From contig OY820591.1 of assembly GCA_963555985.3 (NCBI GenBank), positions 800,001 through 864,000 of the forward strand: 64,000 nt of DNA, written 5' to 3'. Source of the DNA: Dehalococcoidia bacterium (GTDB lineage Bacteria; Chloroflexota; Dehalococcoidia; Bin125). Position 1 is the stretch's first letter; every line of letters starts with the position of its first letter. This document shows, one piece after another, positions 58,106-64,000 of the stretch. The notes below the pieces were generated by a model. It saw only the letters and a list, made by a program, of their open reading frames with translations, was not told where the DNA came from and did no database searches. Position numbers and translations under genes: made by a program.

Positions 58106-59971
58106 CTAAACGCCGGGCTTCCCCTCGAACCACGACCGGTACCACCGATAAGTGGCGGCGGTTTGCATGTTGGTTGGGCCGTATCCTTTGAGCCAGGGAC
58201 GGTGTCCGGCGACCGGCCGGCTCCAAGAATGGTAGATCTGGGGCGCGTGCTCTTCGAGCAGCTTGGTCTGGATCTCGTCGTAGATCGGCACCCGGTTCTC
58301 GGTGCCGAGGGTGGTGCGTCCCTGCTCCAGTAGCGCGTCGATCCCGGGGTCCGAGAACTTGCCGAAGTTCCGTCCGCCGTCGCTGTGGTGGGTGCCGTGG
58401 AGGGCGTCGGGGTCGAACACGCCCCCGAGGCCTTGGGTGGCGAGGGTGAAATCCCCCGCCGCCCGCCTGGGGTTGTGCTCCGAGTCGGGAATCTCCTGGA
58501 GTTCGACCTCGAAGCCGATTTCGGCAAAGTTCTGCTGGAGCACCTCCGCGGTTGGGGTTTCAATGTGGCTGGTGGTCATCGGCGGCACGCTCCCGGGGTC
58601 GTAGCCGCTGGCGTCGAGCAGCCGTCGGCCCTCGGCCAGGTCCTCCTCGCGCAGGGCGCCGGAGCGGTAGCCGGGCCGTTGGCGGAGCTCGTCGACGCTC
58701 CACGCGTATGGACCGGCCGCGTGGCAGATCGGCCCGCCGATCTGCAGGAAGCCTTGTCTCACCACGAAGTGCTGTTCCCGGTCGGCCGCGAGGTGCAGCG
58801 CGAGGCGCACGCGCGGGTCGGTGTAGGGCTCGACCTGGGTGTGGAAGAATGTCGTTACCGACCAGATCGCATTCATGGGCACTTCGACGAGGTTCTCCTC
58901 GCCGACTTGGCCCCGCACGGCCTCGTTCTCCGCCGGGAAGCCCAGCCACGAAGCGAAGAGGAAGTCGGCCTCGCCGGCGACGTACTGCGCGGCCCGATAC
59001 GCCCCGTCGAGATTCCAGTCCGAGCGGATCCCGTCGATGTAGGGGAGCGGGGCGCGGTAGTAGTTGGGGTTGCGTTCGAGCTCGGTGAGGACGTCGGGCT
59101 CACGGGAGACGTACTGCATGCCGCCGGTGCCGATGGCGGCCTCGGGGTTGCTGGCGATGCCGTCGTCGCCGAAGGCCTCGACCGCGTCGCGTGAGACCAT
59201 CACCATCTGGTTCTCGCCGACGGCGCTGAGCAGCGGCGCGAACACCTCTTTCATCTTCAGGCGCAGGGTGAGCTCGTCGGGGGTCTCGAACTGGTCGACG
59301 GCGGAGAAGCGGTCTCTCCAGATGAACTCGGGGTTGTCCTGGCCGAAGCGCTGGAGTCCGAAGGCGGCGTCCTCGGCGACGAACTGCCGCCCGTTCAGCG
59401 GCGCCTTGTCCTGCCAGTGCACGTTCGGCTTGATGTTGTAGACGTAGGTGACGTCATCGACGACCTCGGGCAGCTCCGCCATCGCCGAGGTGAGCACCCC
59501 GCCCTCATCGTTGTAGTTGAGGTGGTCGTAGATCGGGAACCAGCCGCTGTCGAGGCCGCCGTGGTCGGCGATGGCCGGGTCGAGGATGCCGCCGTCGCCC
59601 AAGAAGAAGGAGATGACACCTCCGTGCTGCGGGCCGCTGTCGGCGGCCTGGGCGGCGGTTTGCTCTGCCTCCTGCTGTTCGTCGGCGGTCGCCGTCTGAG
59701 CCTGTTGCTGCTGTACCTGTTGTTCGGCCTGTTGCTCGGCTTGCTCCTGCTGCATTGACTGCTGTTCTGCCTGCTGCGCCGCCTGTTGCTGCTGTTCCTG
59801 CTGCTGCGCAACCTGTGCTGCTGCCGGCTGATCGTCGTCGTCATCGTCGCCGCCGCAGCCGACCAGGGCCAGTCCGGCGGCGCCAACCCCGGCTCGCGCC
59901 GAGGCTCGCAAGAGCGACCGCCGCGACATTTTGTTGCGCCGCATGCGCTGCCAGTAGTTTCGCGTGGTCAT
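58106..59971 (-). CDS. Peptide ABC substrate-binding protein (family 5), Tat lipoprotein with Q-rich linker
   Basis: SRRSLL..LVGC; IGTG, ERNPNYY and DPRVRLAL. Confidence 0.9.
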   Translation of the reverse strand: MTTRNYWQRMRRNKMSRRSLLRASARAGVGAAGLALVGCGGDDDDDDQPAAAQVAQQQEQQQQAAQQAEQQSMQQEQAEQQAEQQVQQQQAQTATADEQQEAEQTAAQAADSGPQHGGVISFFLGDGGILDPAIADHGGLDSGWFPIYDHLNYNDEGGVLTSAMAELPEVVDDVTYVYNIKPNVHWQDKAPLNGRQFVAEDAAFGLQRFGQDNPEFIWRDRFSAVDQFETPDELTLRLKMKEVFAPLLSAVGENQMVMVSRDAVEAFGDDGIASNPEAAIGTGGMQYVSREPDVLTELERNPNYYRAPLPYIDGIRSDWNLDGAYRAAQYVAGEADFLFASWLGFPAENEAVRGQVGEENLVEVPMNAIWSVTTFFHTQVEPYTDPRVRLALHLAADREQHFVVRQGFLQIGGPICHAAGPYAWSVDELRQRPGYRSGALREEDLAEGRRLLDASGYDPGSVPPMTTSHIETPTAEVLQQNFAEIGFEVELQEIPDSEHNPRRAAGDFTLATQGLGGVFDPDALHGTHHSDGGRNFGKFSDPGIDALLEQGRTTLGTENRVPIYDEIQTKLLEEHAPQIYHSWSRPVAGHRPWLKGYGPTNMQTAATYRWYRSWFEGKPGV

Positions 59972-60154
59972 GCCAGGGCTCCGTCCCCAATCGCCGCCTG
60001 TGCCGTGTCTCTATCGGCGATTGCCGCGAAACTACCCCCCCCCCATGTCAAGTCGGCGGCCCCGTCGAAGCGTCTAACTCGCGCCGGATAACCTGCAAGA
60101 CCAGGGCCGTCCCACCCGTCGCCTGTTCGCGGTGAACGCAGTTAGGGTTGAGCG

Positions 60155-60493
60155 ATGGTTGAGATTCCCGATCGCGGCGTGACCTTCAACGATCGGGGGC
60201 AAGAGCATTTGTGGCAGCACGGTCTGGAGTTCCACGATGCAGAGGAGGTCTGGATCGGGCCGGCGAAGTACTTTGAGCAGGGGGAGCGTGAGGAGACTGA
60301 TGAGGACGGCCGTCCATGGACACAGCCGGCGCGCGTGGTGATGATTGGGCCGGACTTTGGCGGGCGTCTCCTGACCATCATTCTCACTCAGCCAGACGAG
60401 GACAAGCGCTCGCGCGTGGTGACGGGTTGGGCCGCGAACCGCGGCGAACAAACGCGATACAATCGGCCCGGAGGAAGGATGCGTCATCGATGA
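60155..60493 (+). CDS. Putative BrnT/RelE-like toxin, copy 2
   Basis: HGLEFHDAEEV..GPAKYF, GPDFGGRLLTIIL and RVVTGW..RYNRPGGRMR. Confidence 0.6.
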   Translation: MVEIPDRGVTFNDRGQEHLWQHGLEFHDAEEVWIGPAKYFEQGEREETDEDGRPWTQPARVVMIGPDFGGRLLTIILTQPDEDKRSRVVTGWAANRGEQTRYNRPGGRMRHR

Positions 60494-60747
60494 CTGAAAC
60501 TGAGCGACCTGTCCACATTATGAATCCGCCCATCCTGGAGGCGGAAGAGATTCCATATGATCCTGCGGACATGGGTCCCGGCTCTTTCGTGCTCGAAATC
60601 GAGTTCAACCGTGAAGAGATGGCCCGGCTCAAGGCTGGTACGCCCCGCCCCGTACGCCTCATTCGGTGGATCAAGCAGGCGGCGTTGGAGAAGGCGGATG
60701 CGGAGGCGCGGCGTCGGTCGGAGGGAGAGTTAGGCGCGGCGGACTGA
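60490..60747 (+). CDS. Putative RHH-like antitoxin, copy 2
   Basis: EEIPYD...MGPGSF..EIEFNREEM shared with copy 1; both end AAD. Confidence 0.55.
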   Translation: MTETERPVHIMNPPILEAEEIPYDPADMGPGSFVLEIEFNREEMARLKAGTPRPVRLIRWIKQAALEKADAEARRRSEGELGAAD

Positions 60748-60825
60748 TCGATCTGCCCTCTCGCCGTTCGCTGTTACCCTGCCCGCATCTCGCGACACCG
60801 AAACGGTTGAGATACGTCAACGAGC

Positions 60826-61158
60826 ATGGCCATCCGGATTCGCGCGCTCGACTACAACGAGGCGACGGAGGATGAGTTGGCGGCGCACGGCCTGGATCTG
60901 GACGATGCACTCGATGTATACGACGGACCGGCCAAGTACTTTCCCCAGGATGCGAAGGATCGTCTGGACGACAGCGCTCGTCTGGTCCGACAACCGGAGC
61001 GGATGCTGATGATTGGTCCCGATGCCAGCGGGCGGCTGCTGACGTTCGTCCTGGAGCTTCCCGACGCGGATCGGATCTGCCACGTCGTGACCGGTTATCC
61101 CTCCGCGCGGAAGGACCGAACCCGTTACCATCAACCGGGAGGAAGGATGCGGCGCTGA
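60826..61158 (+). CDS. Putative BrnT/RelE-like toxin, copy 3
   Basis: HGLDLDDA..GPAKYFPQ, GPDASGRLLTFVL and HVVTGY..RYHQPGGRMR. Confidence 0.6.
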   Translation: MAIRIRALDYNEATEDELAAHGLDLDDALDVYDGPAKYFPQDAKDRLDDSARLVRQPERMLMIGPDASGRLLTFVLELPDADRICHVVTGYPSARKDRTRYHQPGGRMRR

Positions 61159-61394
61159 TGCCGATTCACGTTGGCACCGACCTGGAACCGGACACGCCGG
61201 AGTTGGACGTTGAGGCAGAGAAGCCGGCGCGCGCCACCCTGCAAGTGGAGTTCACGCGGGAAGAGTTGGCGCTCCTGCGCCAGGCAACCGGGCGGGGGCC
61301 AGGGCTGGTTCGGTTCGTCAAATCGGCGGCGCTGGAGGCTGCTAGTCGCAAAGCCAAGACCGAGTCGCCCGACAGCTTGCACGCAGCCGACTAG
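61158..61394 (+). CDS. Putative RHH-like antitoxin, copy 3
   Basis: VEFTREEL..L....LVRFVKSAALEAA..AAD; TGATG coupling. Confidence 0.55.
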   Translation: MPIHVGTDLEPDTPELDVEAEKPARATLQVEFTREELALLRQATGRGPGLVRFVKSAALEAASRKAKTESPDSLHAAD

Positions 61395-61501
61395 TCACTC
61401 TGTACTCGGCCTCCTCGCTGCTACTCTGCCCCAGACACCTGGACTTGAAGACCCCGCATCAAGTGCGGGGCGGGCCGCTTATGCGGCGAAAGGACTCCCC
61501 C

Positions 61502-62443
61502 GTGACCAACAGCCCACACTTCGGCGTGATGGTTCCCCAGATCAAGCGCAGCTGGCAGGAGACCCAGCGCGCGGCTTCGGCCTTTGAGGAGATGGGCTTC
61601 GACTCGCTCTGGGTCAACGACCATCTCTACGGCCCGCAGTCGCCCGCGATTCCGATGCTGGAGGCGTGGACGCTGGCGGCGGGCATCGCCGCGATCACCG
61701 AGAGCGCCGAGATCGGCACGCTGGTCACACCGGTCGGGATGCGCAATCCGGCGCACACGGGCAAGATGATTGCGACGGTGGACAACATCGCCGGCGGGCG
61801 CGTGATTCCGGGCTTCGGCTCGGGCTGGATGGCGCGTGAGTTTACGGACTTCGGGATGCCGTTCGTGAGCACGCGGGATCGGCTGCGACAGCTCGAGGAG
61901 GGCTTGCAGATTTTCAAGGGCATGTTCGACCCCGACCAGGACGAGTTCTCGTTCGAGGGCGAGTATTTCCACACCGAGAATCTGGTCACGCAGCCGAAGC
62001 CGCCGCGCGACGTGCCGATCCTGGTCGGCGGTGGCGGCGAGCAGGTGACGATGCGGATCGCGGCGCAGTACGCGGATATCTGGAACAACTCGGCGGGCGC
62101 GCAGGACAACCTCGAACATAAGGTGAGCGTGCTGCGCGGTCACGCGGAGCGGCTGGGGCGCGACCCGTCGGAGATTCGGGTGTCGCAGCAGTGCCTGGTC
62201 ACGATTGTGGAGAACGAGGGTCAGCTCGCGCCGATGGTGGAGCGCGCGCAGCGTATTTTCGGCGGTCACATGGGCAACCCGGCCGGCGAGATGGCGCTGA
62301 CCGGAACGCCCGACATGATCAAAGAGCGAATCAACCGCCACGTCGAACTCGGTTGCGACATGTTCATGATCGAGTTCTTCGGTCGGGACACGATCGAGCC
62401 GGCGCAGGCGTTCGCGGAGACGGTGATCCCTGAGTTTCGCTAA
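61502..62443 (+). CDS. LLM class flavin/F420-dependent oxidoreductase
   Basis: GFDSLWVNDH, GRV..G.GSGW...E and PILVGGGG. Confidence 0.9.
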   Translation: MTNSPHFGVMVPQIKRSWQETQRAASAFEEMGFDSLWVNDHLYGPQSPAIPMLEAWTLAAGIAAITESAEIGTLVTPVGMRNPAHTGKMIATVDNIAGGRVIPGFGSGWMAREFTDFGMPFVSTRDRLRQLEEGLQIFKGMFDPDQDEFSFEGEYFHTENLVTQPKPPRDVPILVGGGGEQVTMRIAAQYADIWNNSAGAQDNLEHKVSVLRGHAERLGRDPSEIRVSQQCLVTIVENEGQLAPMVERAQRIFGGHMGNPAGEMALTGTPDMIKERINRHVELGCDMFMIEFFGRDTIEPAQAFAETVIPEFR

Positions 62444-62516
62444 GGCTCGACATATCGCCGGCCCTCACCTGCTCTGAACAGATGCGCTATCGTGGAGCGC
62501 ATCTGTTTCGGAGGGT

Positions 62517-63422
62517 GTGAGCGTGGCGACACGGGACACCATTGAGGCTTCGCAGCAATCGTCCTTGTTTGCGGTCGACGCTGTCGGCCTGTCCGCACGC
62601 GCTGTCCTCGCCTGTCAGGACAACCTGGAGTTCATGCGGGCGTTCCCCGATGGGAGCTTCAAGCTCGTCGTCACCTCGCCGCCGTACAACCTCGGCAAGC
62701 CCTATGAGCGGAAGGCCGAGCTGGACGCCTATCTCGACCAGCAGGATCGGGTGATCGAGGAGTGCGTCCGGCTGCTGCATCCGCAGGGGTCGATTTGCTG
62801 GCAGGTGGGCAATTTCGTGGACAACGGCGAGATCGTGCCGCTGGACACGCTGCTCTACCCGCTCTTCCGTGAGCGGGGGCTAAAGCTGCGCAACCGCATC
62901 GTCTGGCACTTCGGTCACGGTCTGCATTGCACCAATCGTCTGTCGGGCCGCTACGAGACGATCAACTGGTGGACGTCGGGCGACGACTACACCTGGGATC
63001 TGGACCCGATTCGCGTGCCGTCGAAGTATCCGAACAAGCGGCACTTCAAGGGCCCCAATATCGGCAAGCTCTCGGGCAACCCGAAGGGCAAGAATCCGAG
63101 CGACGTCTGGGAGTTCCCGAACGTCAAGAACAATCACCCGGAGAAGACGATTCACCCCTGTCAGTTTCCGGTCGAGTTAGTGGAGCGCCTAGTGCTGTCG
63201 ATGACGAACGAGGGCGATGCGGTGTTCGATCCATACATGGGCGTCGGCTCGGCGCTGATCGCGGCGCTCAAGCATGGGCGCGATGCCGCGGGGTGCGACA
63301 TCGTTGAGGAATACGTGGAGATCGCGAAGGAGCGCGTCGCTTTGCTGGAGGCGGGGACACTGCGGACTCGTCCGATGGGCAAGCCGATCTATGACCCTGG
63401 GTTGCCGCGAGGCGGTCACTGA
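62517..63422 (+). CDS. Beta-class DNA methyltransferase (probably N4-cytosine)
   Basis: TSPPYN (motif IV) precedes HPCQFP and VFDPYMGVGS (motif I). Confidence 0.92.
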   Translation: MSVATRDTIEASQQSSLFAVDAVGLSARAVLACQDNLEFMRAFPDGSFKLVVTSPPYNLGKPYERKAELDAYLDQQDRVIEECVRLLHPQGSICWQVGNFVDNGEIVPLDTLLYPLFRERGLKLRNRIVWHFGHGLHCTNRLSGRYETINWWTSGDDYTWDLDPIRVPSKYPNKRHFKGPNIGKLSGNPKGKNPSDVWEFPNVKNNHPEKTIHPCQFPVELVERLVLSMTNEGDAVFDPYMGVGSALIAALKHGRDAAGCDIVEEYVEIAKERVALLEAGTLRTRPMGKPIYDPGLPRGGH

Positions 63423-63499
63423 TGAAGGTTGGCGGCACCTATGCCCATCTGAACGGCCAGGAGTACCTGTTGGTCCATCTGCGCTCGTTGTGGGAATAA
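63422..63499 (+). pseudogene. Truncated BglII/BstYI-like restriction endonuclease
   Basis: TGATG-coupled MKVGGTYAHLNGQEYLLVHLRSLWE*; resembles, from memory, the Y.HLNG.E.LLVH N-terminus of this family. Confidence 0.65.
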
Positions 63500-63699
63500 G
63501 GAGCATTGTCCGATCTGGAGAGCGTGGCGCCGGCCTTCATCGATTCGTACAGGGAGCATGGCAAGCCGCCCTCGCCACCCGCTCAGGCTGGCGAACTCGT
63601 GGTTGCGGTTCAACCTCCCAATTCCTGACTTGGAAGCTCAGGCCGCCCCGTTCAGAGTGAGTCCCCAAACACATCTACGCTGTCCCAATCACCTCCAGT

Positions 63700-63720
63700 G
63701 AACGCCGGTTCTGATAAGAT
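63700..63720 (+). promoter_or_regulatory. LexA-type box followed by an extended -10
   Basis: GAACGCCGGTTC at 63700-63711, then TG-A-TAAGAT. Confidence 0.55.
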
Positions 63721-63840
63721 CATCAGCGCCAAACAGCCGGCGCGTCAATCCGGGCAGCCGGACATGGCCAATCACACCAAGTACAACACATAGAAACACC
63801 TCCGAAATCGCCGCAAACTCTTCGCATATAACTGCTGCGA

Positions 63841-63900
63841 GATCGGCACAAAACGAAACAAGGTGAAACAGAATGAAACAAAATGAAACAGCATCGAACA
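63841..63900 (+). repeat. 10-bp-periodic tandem repeat (GAAACA core)
   Basis: AAACGAAACA AGGTGAAACA GAATGAAACA AAATGAAACA with degenerate flanking units. Confidence 0.8.
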
Positions 63901-64000
63901 GGAAGACGCCCGATCCTCAGCCCAGGGCGGCAAATCCCACCGAAGCGCCCCAAATTTTTTTTCCGCCCGAACCTCACTCCCCCGGCGGCGTCCGCGACTG

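Noticed and set aside
59690-59830. CAG-rich tract as a contingency microsatellite
   Set aside because: Imperfect in-frame Gln/Ala linker with mixed codons, not a pure repeat.
62476-62488. GAACAGATGCGC as a LexA box before the methyltransferase
   Set aside because: The right half-site has two mismatches; too weak to call.

Overview
High-GC bacterial chromosomal window, probably Chloroflexota/Dehalococcoidia-like (inferred from gene content and Gram-positive-type LexA boxes). Core content: an aap-type amino-acid ABC operon, a pyrR-pyrB-pyrC-carA-carB-pyrK operon with a PyrR RNA site, the glyoxylate shunt (aceB-aceA), rnd, a Zn-independent rpmJ, an RpoD-like sigma factor, a peptide ABC cluster, many catabolic enzymes and four tRNAs (Leu-CAA, Gln-TTG, Asn-GTT, Gly-TCC). 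Most notable observations: (1) a 78-codon HTH-like gene with an in-frame TGA followed by a bacterial SECIS-like hairpin, a candidate new selenoprotein, though a Trp nonsense mutation is equally possible; (2) a dispersed ~290-bp element combining a LexA-like box, a TATGAT -10 and 10-bp-periodic repeats; (3) three paralogous, divergent BrnT/RelE-like plus RHH toxin-antitoxin pairs; (4) repeated loss of toxic partners while antidotes stay intact; (5) secreted proteins sharing an N-terminal repeat fused to lower-GC catalytic cores; (6) a MITE nested in a REP, and local strand skew that appears to follow REP orientation. No CRISPR array, rRNA, integrase or transposase gene was seen. All calls come from reading the sequence by eye; no searches were run.
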